Positions 23,471 to 36,015 of a stretch of 64,000 bases of DNA are shown piece by piece (the first letter of the stretch is position 1; every line of letters starts with the position of its first letter). Below the pieces are notes generated by a model that was not told where the DNA came from, made no database searches, and saw only the letters and a program-made list of their open reading frames with translations. Source of the stretch: Carcharhinus longimanus (lineage: Eukaryota); assembly GCA_030264375.1 (NCBI GenBank), contig JASCQW010000027.1, forward strand, positions 47,081,579-47,145,578. Reading direction: 5' to 3'. A program made the position numbers and the translations under genes.

Positions 23471-25604
23471 TTTTTTAAAGCGTAACAATCCCAGTTTAAT
23501 TGCAATGTCTGAATGTATGACAGCATCTTTTCTTTGAGAATATACTTACCAATGATGGCATAATGAGGAGTGGGGCTGCAGTGAGATGTGAAGCCATTAA
23601 CAAAGTATTTGTTGTATAAAAAGATACCCTGTAATAATAGATTGGCACATTGAGTTAAATTGAAATAATCAGCCAAAGATTGAATGCAATTCATGCAGCT
23701 TGTCTACAACATACCTTCATATTTGAGGCTGAAGTATTTTGGATTTTATTGAGATAGTGTGATTGATAAAATTAAACCTGTAAAATTCAATAGTTGATGT
23801 CAGGCTTTTACTGAAGGATGTATTATAACCAAGAGGCTTATTGTCAAGGTTGGATATGTTATAATTAACATTCATTTTGTGAGGGAAGCTTTGTTAAAAT
23901 GAGGAGCTGAAAGGAGATAGAATGGTCAAACTATGTGTAAGTAAGCATGAAATGAAGAAAAATGACCAAACAAAGGAGAGATTCTTATATTTTCAATGCT
24001 ATAATCCTCATGTTGTGTACTATTGAATGCTATGATGTGTGTTGTTTATTATTCAAAATTGCTTTCTGAATTATTTTACACAGTTGAAGTTTGTCCGTTT
24101 TTTTTTGGGTTATAGAATTGGTCAGATTTGCTGTAAAACCAAAAACTGATATTATTTGAAATTTCAGGTGCCTTGCCAACAAGCTCTGTTTAAAATGAGG
24201 AATCATGAAAGGGGAAAGACTATATTGCAGGACCCATCACAAATTAAATGGAAAAGATGAGCGAATGTTAAACAAAGTCAAAAATGTTTGGACGGACTTA
24301 ACTTCTACTCATGACATGTCCAGTCATATTTATGTGTTTAATAGTTATGATAGTCATAAAAGATTTTTGCCTTCTCTATTTTTGTGACAGAAAACTTGCC
24401 CGTGGTACCAAAATCTTTCAAACTGTTGAGAGTTTCCACTTTTCCATCGTACGTAATTGTTTGAAGACTGTTAAATCACTCAGCAACTTGTAATAGAGAT
24501 GCAGCTTGTGCCACAGTCATAGCATGTCTTAAACATTGACAGCAAAAAGGCCATTCCAAAAGTATCAGTTACTCAGTGGGAACTTAGCCTGGTTTGAAAA
24601 TATATTATTCTGTTATACGTGATGAGGAATTAAAATAATAAGTAAAACTTGCTGCTCAATCAGTTGGCGTCATCTTCCAGAAGAGATGCTTTGCATTACC
24701 ACAATGCTCTGCTAAATTAAATTCCTGTTGTCTAATTATAGCTTTCTCTGATACTCCAGAGGCATTTTGGAGCTCCAACAGTTCTTTGCGCAAATAGCTT
24801 TTTAAAGTGTCTGAATTTATGCCCATCGTGATTGTGATTGTTTAATGTGTTGAATACTGTTGTAGTCAAATTTTTGTCCTGTCGGTGAACCAGGAAAATG
24901 TTTATCTGCCCAGTCCATGAAGTATTTCTTAACGGCTCAGATAAGCTTTGTTGAATTATTTGTCACTGGTGAAAGTATATGATATCGTGCTTAAGCTGGT
25001 GTTTAGATATAATGTAGATAACATAGAGGTTTTTTTGGGATAAATAAATTTCTTCTGAAAATTTCCTCAAGAAATTGTGACATTTTAAAATTAAAAAAAA
25101 TGGAATTTGAAGTGATTATGAAGTGGAGAGATCCTTTAGTTGAACTCCATTCTTGATCCCAGGAGACCACTTATATGTAAACCTGTGTGCTAAGCGAAAT
25201 GTATGTGAATAAAACTGTTGTGTAATTATTTTTGCAGAGCTGAAATTCATGCTATGAAGGCAAACAAAAAAAAGGGGGGACTGGATCAGTTTCTGTCTGA
25301 AACTGCTTACAAAATTACTCTACCTGTCAGCTGCTGATGGAGGCAGTTGTATACCTTTGTAGAAAGTACATATGTGGAGTTCAGGAAAGGGCCATAGGTG
25401 TGTGTTACAGTCTAAGGTATCACAAACTGAAAAGCAGAAGGACTGAGGGTTGAAAGCAAAGCAAAGTTGAGGTTGTAATTCGACTTGTTGTCTACATTGT
25501 TACTTTATATTTTATCTTTTTGTCCAATCCTTCTCTTCCTCAATTGACAAACAAAATAAAAGCAAAACCTCCTGCAAGAGTTGACCCTACATGCTCCCCT
25601 ACGA

Positions 25605-27695
25605 AGAACAATACAGCACAGGAACAGGCCCTTCGGCCCACCAAGTCTGTACTAACATGGATGCCTCTCTAATCTAATATTTTCTTGCCTCTACGTGGCC
25701 CATTTCCCTCTATTCCCTACCTATTTATGCATCTATCCAGATGCCTCTTGAACATTGTTATAGAATCTGCTTCCACCACCTTCTCTGGCAGTGGGTTCCA
25801 GGCAATAACAACCCTCTGTGTGAAGAACCTGCCCCTTAATCTCTTTTAAACTTTCCCCCTCTCACTTTCAATCTATACCCCCGAATAATTGACCCTTCAG
25901 CCGTAGGAAAAAGACTCTGACTATCCACTCTATCCAAACCTGTCATAATCTTGTAAACCTTTATCAGGTACCCCCTTATCCTCCAAAGCTGCAATGAAAA
26001 CAATCCAAGTTTGTTCAACTTTCTTCATAGTCCGTATCCTCCAAACCAGGCAACATCCTGATAAATCTCTTCCGCACCCTTTCCAATACATCAACATCCT
26101 TCCAATAGTGTGGTGATCAAAATTGTGCACAAGACTCCAAATGTGGCCTAACCAAAGTCTTGTACAACTGCAACATGATTTTCCAATTCCTATACTCAAT
26201 GCTGCCACTGATGAAGGCCAGCATGCCATATGCTTTCTTGACCACCTTGTCCACCTGAGTTGCCACCTTCAGGAACTGTGGACCTGCATGCTTAGATCTC
26301 TCTGTATGCTAATATTTCTAAGGGCTCTGCCATTTACTGTATACTTTCCTTCTGCAATAGACCTTACAAATTGCATCACCTCACATTTGTCCGGGTTAAA
26401 TTCCATCTGCCATCTTTTGGCCTAGGTCTCCAGCTGATTTATTTCCTGCTGTATTCTCTGACAATCTTCCTCAAATCCGCTACTGCCCCAATTTTTGTAT
26501 CATCTGCAAATTTACTAATCAGACCACCTACACTTTCCTCCAAATCATTTATATATATATATATTACAAAACAGCAGAGGCCCCAGCACTGATCCTTGTG
26601 GAACACCGCTTGTCACAGACCTCCAGTTAGAAAAATATCCTTCCACTACGACTCTCTACTTCCTATGCACAAGCCAGTTTTATATCCACCTTACCAGCTC
26701 ACCTCGGATCCCATATGACTTCACCCCCTGTATCATCCTGCCATGAGGAACCTTATTGAAGGCTTTACTAAAGTTCATGTCTACAACATTTACTGCCCCA
26801 TCCTGGTCAATTTTTCTTGTCACTTCCTTAAAGGACTCAATCAGGTTTGTGAGACATGACCTCCCCTTCATAAAACCATGATGTCTATCGCTAATAAGCC
26901 TATTCTCTTCCAGATGTGAGTACATCCTGTCCCTAGGAATCTTCTCCAATAATTTCCCCACTCTGATCTAAGGCTCACAGGTCTGTAATTTCCTAGATTG
27001 TCTCTTCTGCCCTTCTTAAACAAAGGAACAATGTTAATTACTCTCCAATCCTCTGATACCTCACCCATGGCTAAAGAGGACAAAATGATTTTGGCCAACG
27101 CCTAGCAATTTCTTCCCTCGCCTCTCTCAGTCTTCTGGGATAGACCCTATCTGGCCCTAGGGACTTGTCCACCTTAATGTTTTTCAAAACTTCCAATACC
27201 TCGTCCCTTTTTATCTCAACATGTCCCAGAATAACATCATTCTCCTTTCGACACTCACCATCCACCACATCCTTCTCCTTTGTAAATACTGGTGCAAAGT
27301 ACTCATTAAGGACCTCACCCACCTCATCTGGCTCCACACACAAATTCCTTCCACTGTCTTTGAGTGTACCCACCCTTTCTTTAGCTACCCTGTTTGTTCC
27401 TCTTTATGTACACATAAAAAGCCTTGAGATTCTCCTTAATCCTGTCTGCCAAGGACATTTTATGGCCCCTTTTTTGCCCTTCTAAGTCCCTGTTTATGCT
27501 GTTTCAAGCTATCTTTGTATTACTCAAGAGCCTTATCCATTTTCAATTTTCTGAAATTTATGTATGCCTCCTTGTCCTTTTTCACTAAGCTCACAATCTC
27601 TCCTGTCATCCAGGATTCCCGAATCTAGCCATCTTTATCCTTCATTTTTACAGGGATGTACCTGTCCTGAATTGTTAACAACTGACTTTTAAAAG
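25605..27695 (-). mobile_element. CR1 LINE ORF2 RT domain to 3' tail
   Basis: KSLGPDRVYPRRLRE, PLFKKGRRDNLGNYRPVSL, HHGFMKGRSCLTNLI, DMNFSKAFNKVPH; frameshifted. Confidence 0.95.
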
Positions 27696-27795
27696 NNNNN
27701 NNNNNNNNNNNNNNNNNNNNNNNNNNNNNNNNNNNNNNNNNNNNNNNNNNNNNNNNNNNNNNNNNNNNNNNNNNNNNNNNNNNNNNNNNNNNNNN

Positions 27796-30330
27796 TCCTT
27801 TGTGAATACTGATGCAAGATACTCACCCATCTCATCCGGCTCCACACACAAATTACCCCCGCTGTCGTTGAGTGGATCTATCCTTCCCTACCTTCTTCAT
27901 CCTTATATACACATAAAAAGCCTTGGGATTTTCCTTAATGCTGCCTACCAAGGACATTTCATGGCCCCTTTTTGCCTCCAAAGTCCCTGTTAAGCATTTT
28001 CCGGCTCTTTTTGTATACCTCAAGAGCCTTATCCGTTTTCAATTTCCTGAAATTTATGTATGCCTCCTTCTTCTTTTTCATTAAGCTCACAATCTCTTGT
28101 CATCCAGGGTTCCGAATTTTGCCATCTTTATCCTTCATTTTTACAGGGACATACTTGTCTTGCATTATTAACAACTGGCTTTTAAAAGACTCTCATGTAT
28201 TGGATGTGGATTTACCCTCAAACAGCTGTCCCCAGTCTACATTCCCTAGCTCCTGCCTAATACTGTCGTAATTAGCCTTCCTCTAATTTAGTATTTTCAC
28301 TCTGGGAATACTTCTATCCTTTTCTACAAGCATCTTAGAACTTATAGAGTTGTGGTCACTGTTCCAAAAATAGTCCCCCACTGAGACATCAATCACCTGT
28401 CCAGACTCATTTCCAAGAACTAGATGTAAGCTAGCCCCTTCCCGATTTGGACTATCTACATATTACCTCAAGAAGCACTCTTGGATACACTGAACAAACT
28501 CTGCCCCGTCACAACAACTCTGTTGTTTTTACATCATCCCATAACCTGCTGACATATCAGTTCCTCCACTTCATGCTTGCTGTTGGGAGGTCTGTAGTTC
28601 AACCCCAACAGTGTGATTGCACCATTCCTGTTCTTGAATTCTACCCATATTGCCTCACTGCATGATCTCACCAAGGTATCCTTCCTCTGTATAGTTGTGA
28701 CATTCTCCCTATTCAGTGAAGCAACACCCCCACCTTTTTTGTCACCCTCTCTATCTTGTCTGAGGCATCTAAATCCTGGAATGCTAAGCTGCCAGTCCTG
28801 CCCTTTTTTATCAGTCTCCATAATTGCCAAAACATCATAGTTCCATGTAGTAATCCAAGCTTTAAGTTCATCCGCTTTACCTGTTAAGCTCCTTGCATTA
28901 ACACACACACCTCAGACCATCTTTCCCATCATGTTTTATTTCTCTTAGTCTGACTGGACCTATTCACTGAGTCCTCCACAGTCTCTGTAGTCTGTACTCT
29001 GGTCCTTTCTGATTTTTATCTTTGGTTTCTCTGCCTTCCACTTTTCGCCTTACTGCCTTTAGTTTCTGTCCCCACCTTACTTCCCTCTGACTTCCTGCAT
29101 GGGTTCCCATCCCTCTGACACATGAGTTTAAACTCTCCCCAACAGCAACACTAGCAAACATTAGTTCTAGTCCTGTCCAGTGCAGACCGTTGGATTTGTA
29201 CTTGGTCCCACCTTCTCCAGAACCAGTTCCAATGTTGCAGGAATTTGAATCCCTCCCTCAAGCCATATATTCATCTTAGCTGTCCTGACATTCCTCCTCT
29301 GACTAGAGCATGGCACTGGCAGCAATCTTGAGATGACTACCTTTGAGGTCCTACCTTTTAGTTTAACTGCTACCTCCCTAAATTCAGCTTGTAGGACTTC
29401 ATCCTGTTTTTTATCTATATCATTGGTGCCTATATGCACCACAACAGCTGGCTGCTCACTTTCCCCCTCCAGAATGCCCTGCAGCTGTTTCAAGGCACCC
29501 TTGATCCTTGCACCAGGCAGGCAACATACCACCCTGGAGTCTCATTTGCGTTTGCGGAAACACCCGTCTATCCCCCTTACAATTGATTCCCCTATCATTA
29601 TAGCTCTGCTGCTCTTTTTCCTGCTTTCTTGCACATGGCTGGTCCCACCTTCTCTCGTGAGCCAACTCCCCCAACAGTATCCAAAACGATACATCTGATT
29701 TGGAGGGAGATGATCTCAAGGGACCCCCGCACTGCCTTCCTAAGCTTCCTCTGTCTGGTCAGTAATTTTTATCTGCAGTGTGACCAATTCACTGACATGC
29801 TATCCATGACTTCCTCAGCATTGGTGGATGCACCAAAGTGAATCCATCCGCAGCTCCAGAGATATCAAGTGGTCGAACAGGTGCTGCAGTTGGACACACT
29901 TCTTGCACATGAAAGGTCAGGGATATCAGAAGGGTCCCTGAATTCCCACATTGCACATAAGGAGCATGACATGGGTCTGGGATTTCCTGCCATTATTTAA
30001 CCCACAACTTGACTTAAAACAACTACAATGCCAAGAGAAAAAAAAAGAGAAAAAAACCTACTTACCCATCACCAGCCAATCACTTACCTGCCGGTTATGA
30101 TATCACGGTTCAATTTCTTTCTACCTCTCTGTTGCCTTCGAGTCTCCCTCGCAGGTCTACCTCTCCACTCCTACCGAAAATGAGCACCTCTTTCCCTGCA
30201 GCACTGAATTCCCACACAGCTCCAAATTTCCAATACCCTCACACTGGCTGGAAGTCATTCCAGCTGCAGTCTCTCTCCCACTGGTGTACACATGCTCACT
30301 AATCGTGCACTTGCTAAAACCACTGCCTTA
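27796..30330 (-). mobile_element. CR1 LINE 5' half: 5'UTR, ORF1 (Zn finger + SGNH esterase), APE endonuclease
   Basis: VCCLPGARIK...VVVHIGTNDI esterase; NARSLTGKADEL...YRPPNS APE; ORF1 ATG at 29993. Confidence 0.92.
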
Positions 30331-30759
30331 TATACAGTTCAGATGAGCTGAGATGACTCACAGATCAGTTTAAAATTCCTAAGTGTTCACACCTATTGAG
30401 ACCTAATCAGCTTCAGTTGATTGACAGATAACTGCCACGTAGCTAACTGAGTCAACTGGTAAGTTTATTGACCTTTCAGCTAGACTATATCATTTAAAGA
30501 GAAAAAAGAGAAACACTTACCAATATTTACCCACTCAGCTCCAAATTCCCGATATGCTCACTCTGGCTGAATCTCACTCTGGTTGCAGTCTCTCTCCCAT
30601 TAATGTGCGCAAGCTCACTGGTCCACGCTCTAAACACCCTTTCCCAACTCCTGACTCCATCCCTCTTGCTAACAACAGTCTGAGATTTATTTATCTGTTC
30701 TGTTCACAACGTTTATGTCACATTTGATCTTGAAATGAACTTCCGATCTCTAAGCCCAC

Positions 30760-31140
30760 CTATTTTCACCTCTATTACATCGCTTGATTTCATTTCATCT
30801 CAGCTGATCTGCTGCTATCACCCTCACCTACATCTATGTTACCTTTTGACTTGACACACTTCTGGTTGGTCTCTCATTCTTTACTCTCCAGAGACCTAAG
30901 GTCATCCAAAACTCTGTTCCCATGTCTTAATTTGCAATAAGTTCCATTCCACTAACACCTAGCTGACCTACATTGGCTCCTGTTCAATCAACATCTTAAA
31001 TTTAAAATTCTCATCCTTGCTTTCAAATCCTTCAAATCCTTGCCCTTCACTATCTCTGTAATTTCCTACATCCCTCAACCCTTTGAAAAATCTGCACTCT
31101 AATTATGGTCTCTTGCACATTCCCGATTATAATTGCTTCC
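30760..31140 (+). mobile_element. L2 LINE 3' fragment
   Basis: gtcatccaaaactctg...ctacattggctcc...tttaaaattctc (LHWL...FKIL-type C-terminus). Confidence 0.7.
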
Positions 31141-31149
31141 GATAGTAGT

Positions 31150-31228
31150 CGTGATGTGGGTATGCCGGCGTTGGACTGACGTAAACACAGTAAAAAGTCT
31201 GACAACACCAGGTTTTAGTCCAACCGAT
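31150..31228 (-). mobile_element. Young Penelope-related short element (family with GAAAGCT hammerhead), cut by a gap
   Basis: Nearly identical to the reverse complement of 43558-43631. Confidence 0.7.
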
Positions 31229-31328
31229 NNNNNNNNNNNNNNNNNNNNNNNNNNNNNNNNNNNNNNNNNNNNNNNNNNNNNNNNNNNNNNNNNNNNNNNN
31301 NNNNNNNNNNNNNNNNNNNNNNNNNNNN

Positions 31329-33405
31329 CCCCCATCCTACATTCCCTAGTTCCTGCCTAATATTGTCGTAGTTAGCCTTCCCCCAGTTTAGTACTTTCAC
31401 AGTGGGACTACTTCTGTCCTTTTCTACAAGCATCCTGAAACTTAGAAAATTGTGAACACTATTCCAAAAATAGTCCCCCACTGAGACATCAATCACCTGT
31501 CTGGGCTCATTTCCCTGAACCAGGTCTAAGAATGCCCCTTCCCGAGTTGGACTATCTACATATTGCCTCAAGAAGCACTCTTGGACACACTGAACAAACC
31601 CTGCCCCGTCCAAGCTCCTGGCACTAATGGAATTCCAGTCCATCTTGGGGAAGTTAAAATCGCCCATCACAACAACCCTGTTGTTTTTACATCTTCTCAT
31701 AATCTGCTGACATATCAGTTCCTCCACTTCACGCTTGCTGTTGATTGCACTGCGCCTGTTCCTGAGTTCTACTGCACTGCCTAATCCTACCAAGTTGTCC
31801 TCCTGTGACAGTCTCCCTAATCAGCAAAGCAACACCCCCACTTCTTTTGTCACCCTCTCTATTTTGCCTGAAGCATCTAAGTCCTGGAATGCTAAGTTGC
31901 CAGTCCTGCTCTTCTTTCATTCAAGTTTCCACAATTGCCACAACATCATAGTTCCATGTAATAATCCAAGCTTTAAATTCATTCACCTTACCCTATCATG
32001 CTCCTTGTGTTAAAGCAAATGCTCCTTGTGTTAAAGCAAACGCACCTCTGACCATTTGTCCTATCATGTTTTGTATACTCTCCCTGTGTTTTATTTCTCT
32101 CAGCCTTACTGGACGCATTCACTGAGTTCTCCACTGCCTCTGCACTCTGTACTGTGGCCCTTTTTTGATTTTTGTCTATGGTTTATCTGCCTTCCACTTT
32201 TCCCCTTACTGCCTTTTGTTTCTGTCCCCACTTTACTTCCCTCTGACTACCTGCCTTTGTTCCCATTCCCCTGCCACATTAATTTAAACATTCCAGCTGG
32301 GACAGTTCTGCTCAGGTGTAAACCATCTGATTTGTACTAGTCCCACCACCCTCTGATGTCCCAGGAATTTGAATCCCTCCTTCTTGCACCATTCCTCAAG
32401 CCACATGTTGACCTTAGCTATCCTGACATTCCTACTCTGATTAGGACATGAAACTGGTCAGACTTTTGAGGTCCTACTTTTTAGTTTAACTCCTGACTCC
32501 CTAAATTCAGCTGTAGGACCTCGTCCTGTTTTGTACCTATGTGGTTGGTGCCTACATGCACCATGACAGCTGGCTGTTCACCCTCCCCCTCCAGAATGCC
32601 CTGCAGCCACTCTGAGACATCCGTGACCCTTGCCCCAGGGAGACAACATACCATCCTGGAGTTTTGTTTGCATCCACAGCCTGTTGATTCCCCATGCAAT
32701 TGAATCCCCTATCACTATAACCCTGGCACACTCTTTCGTGCCCTTCTGTGCAGCAGAGCCAGCCATGGTGCCACGAAACCTTCTCCTCCAACGGTATCCA
32801 AAATGGTATATCTGTTTTGGAAGAAGGTGACCCCAGGGGACCCTGCACTGCCTTCCTCCTCTTCCTCTGTCTGGTGGTCACCCATTCCCTATCTCCCTCA
32901 GTAATTTGTACCTGCAGTGTGACCAACTCATGGAACATGCTATCCATGACACGGACAGCATTGTAGATGCTCCAGAGTGAATCCATCCGCAGGTCCAGAT
33001 CCGTCAGGTGATCTCACAGGGGCTGCAGTTGGACACACTTCTTGCACGTGAAGGAGCCAGGGACACCAGAAGGGTCCCTGAATTCCCACGTTGCACAAGA
33101 GGAGCATGACACAGGTTTGGGATCTCCTGCCATGACTTAACCCTTTAGTTAACTTACAACAACAACTACAATGCCAAGATAAAAAAGGAAAGGATAACAC
33201 TTACCTTTCACTTACGTGCTGGCTGTGACGTCACCTCTCACTTGCCCTTGAGTCTCCCTCGCAGGTTTGCCTCTTCACTGCCGAAGATGAGCACCTCTTT
33301 CCCCTCAACACCGAATTCCCTTTTAGCTCCAAATTCCTGATACCCTCACTCTGGCTGAAGCTCACGTTGGGCTGCAGCTGTCTCCCATTGGCGTGTACAA
33401 GCTAC
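31329..33405 (-). mobile_element. Second CR1 5' half (ORF1 + APE)
   Basis: ATG at 33133: MAGDPKPVSCSSCATWEFRDPSGVPGSFTCKKCVQLQ (CxxC..CxxC); VIVIGDSI esterase; VVMGDFNFP and PTREGAFLDLV APE. Confidence 0.93.
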
Positions 33406-34429
33406 AATAGTGCATGGAGGGGCAGAATGCCACTTTCATGCTCTTCCTAGGGGGCAAACACTTCCTGTTTGAGACCCTTGATGTTTATCATCAGCTATGG
33501 AGATATGTTACAGATTGACTTGCGTGGCCTATTACTTTGTAATCCTTATCTATGATTTGCCAGTTGCCGTGATCACACAAGGAATAAAGCAGTCGTTGGA
33601 GTAATGATGAGTTGTGTGTGCTCGATGATTCCTAACCTGCTTCTTGGTATGTTTTGAGTTAGCTGACCTTAGCCAAGACAGCAATTGGGGAGGTCCAGTT
33701 AATTTGCTGTATTGTGATGACTGCGTAGTGCAGATGGCTGTGGAACTCAGCAGGAGGTGATGTTTTTAGAAAATGAAATGAGAATGTTAGGGATTACCTG
33801 AAGTCATGGCGTTAGATGATGGAACCATATTTTTAAAACACTTTGCCACACTCAGTGTGATCAAACACCCTAGCCGAGGGAGCCGTCCAAACACATAGGT
33901 TTGGCCTAAAGAAAATATCTGGAGGAACCTTTGAAGCCAAAGTCTCTCAATTCCTCCTTAGCTATTGTATCACTCATAGAAACCAGGAACAGGATTAGGC
34001 CATTCAGACCTTCGAGCCTGCTCGGCCATTCATTATCGTGACTGATCATCATCAGGTGGTTAATGCGGTTTTGTTCCTTTTTGACTTTGGAGCAGATTGG
34101 TACTATGTTGCACAAGGCATCTTGCCAAATCATTTCAGATGATCCCTTCTCTGTCTTCTGGGATCTAATTGGCAGAGTCAGCCATATCTAACGTTTTTGT
34201 AATACCAGTCGAGGGATACACAGTGATGGTTGTGTCCCTTTCATTTGCATTTTTTAAAAACATTTTCCCACTTTTATGTGTGGGATGGTACAGCCTCTCA
34301 GCTGGTTTGGAGAAAGCAGTGGGGAAATNNNNNNNNNNATGGGGTTACTGGGCAGTGTGCTGAAGAGCTGCTTTCCTCCTCTGTCTGCCCCTAAAGCCTA
34401 GCCCACTATCCCTGCTCCTTCACCTGTTG

Positions 34430-35165
34430 ATATTCTGGGTTACATATTGGGAGCGTTTCTCCCATCACGATCCCCCGCAAATGTGCTGGCGGGTAGGGTT
34501 GGGAGATGTGCGTGCTGGCCATTTCGTGGAATTCGTGCTGGCCATTTCGTGGAATTCGTGCTGGCCATTTCGTGGAATTCGTGCATGTGTTTCTGACACA
34601 TGCGCATCTCCCAGAGCCGGAGAAAAGGTGCATTGGGGACCACACTGGAAACCAGTGGGAAGGGACATAAGTGATTTAAATCTTTTTAAAATATATTTTA
34701 AATCTATTTTAAATGTGATTGTAGGGCCCAGCACAGAACTTACCGGATGCGATAACATCTCCCACCCCACCAGGATTATCTTACTCTGGTAGGGTTTAAG
34801 CAGCTCTCCATTTTTGGGAAACTAGCGGGGGACATCACCGGAGTGAAGGGGGGGAACAATCAGGCCCCCCCCGGGGGGTCGGGTGGCAGGGGTTTAGTGC
34901 CCCTGGGCATGGGCCCTCTAGCAGTGCCAGCCTTTGCCACCAGCGCTGCCCAAGGGGCAAAGTGCCTGTGCTCAGGGGGCACCTTGGCACTGCCTGTCGG
35001 AACCCATTGTAGGGGGGGGACCTAGGGGCAATTGGAGGGGGTCCCGCTGCCACTCTGTGTGGCGATTGGTCTGGGCTGGATGGAGGCCAGAGATGGGAGG
35101 GATGGTTGGTGGTTTGCTGGGGTGTAGGGGTGCCTGCCTCCCGGGGAGGGGTGTGGTTGGGTTAG
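34430..35165. mobile_element. GC-rich non-autonomous DNA-transposon-like element
   Basis: Abrupt GC/CpG-rich block with G runs, similar in style to 58031-58811; ends not resolved. Confidence 0.5.
34511..34584. repeat. Perfect 23-bp tandem triplication (cgtgctggccatttcgtggaatt)
   Basis: Three exact copies plus cgtgc. Confidence 0.97.
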
Positions 35166-35252
35166 GTGATGAAGGAGCAGCGCTCTGAAAGCTGGTGCTA
35201 CCAAATAAACCTGTTGGATTTTAATCCAGTGTTGTGAGACTACTTACTGAGC
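35166..35252 (+). mobile_element. Penelope-related terminus with degenerate hammerhead core
   Basis: gTGATGA-A-GGAGC-AGC-GCTCT-GAAA-GCT followed by aaataaacctgttgga. Confidence 0.65.
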
Positions 35253-35454
35253 TCAAAATAGAATGTATACATTGATCTGGTCATTCCTTGCTCCTCTAAC
35301 TTTCAGGTTTTAAAACTCAGTAGCTAATCATCTCTTCCTGATCGATGCAGTCTTTTATCTTCATCTTTTCAACCTTAGTGTGTCCGAGAGTCTGGCATTT
35401 TCACACAGAAGGGAAACTGAAATAAAGCATTTGAAGCAATGGCCTTGGCAAATA

Positions 35455-36015
35455 GATTTGACTTGATTTGATTTATTATTGTCACATGTATTGGTATACA
35501 GAGAAAAGTATTGTTTCTTGCATGCTATGCAGTGAAAGCATACTGTTCATAAAGGAGAGGAAAGGGTGCAGAATGTAGTGTTACAATCATAACGGCAGGC
35601 TCGAAGGGCTAGATGGCCTACTCCTGCTCCTATTTCTTATGTTCTTATGTTCTTATAACTAGGATGCAAAGAAAGATCAACTTAATACAAGAAAGTCCAT
35701 TCAAAAGTCTGATGGCAGCAGAGAAGAAGCTGTTCTTGAGTGGATTAACCTCAAACTTTATCTTTTTCCTGACCGAAGGAGGTGGAAGAGTGAATGTCTG
35801 GAGTGCATGGGATCCTTGATTATGCTGGCTGCTTTGCTGAGACAGTGGGAAGTGTAAATAGAATCAATGGATGGGAGATTGGTTTGCATGATGGACTGGG
35901 CTTTGATAATGACCCTTTGTAGTTTCTTGCAGTTTTGGACAGAGCAGGAGCCATACCAAGCTGTGATACAACCAGGAAGAATGCTTTCTATGGTGCATCT
36001 GTAAAAGTTGGTGAG
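35455..36015 (-). mobile_element. Rex1/Babar-like LINE 3' end with a nested CR1 tail (about 35594-35651)
   Basis: (ttgat)n tail, then ttattattgtcacatgta; nested tail flanked by ataac/ataac. Confidence 0.6.
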
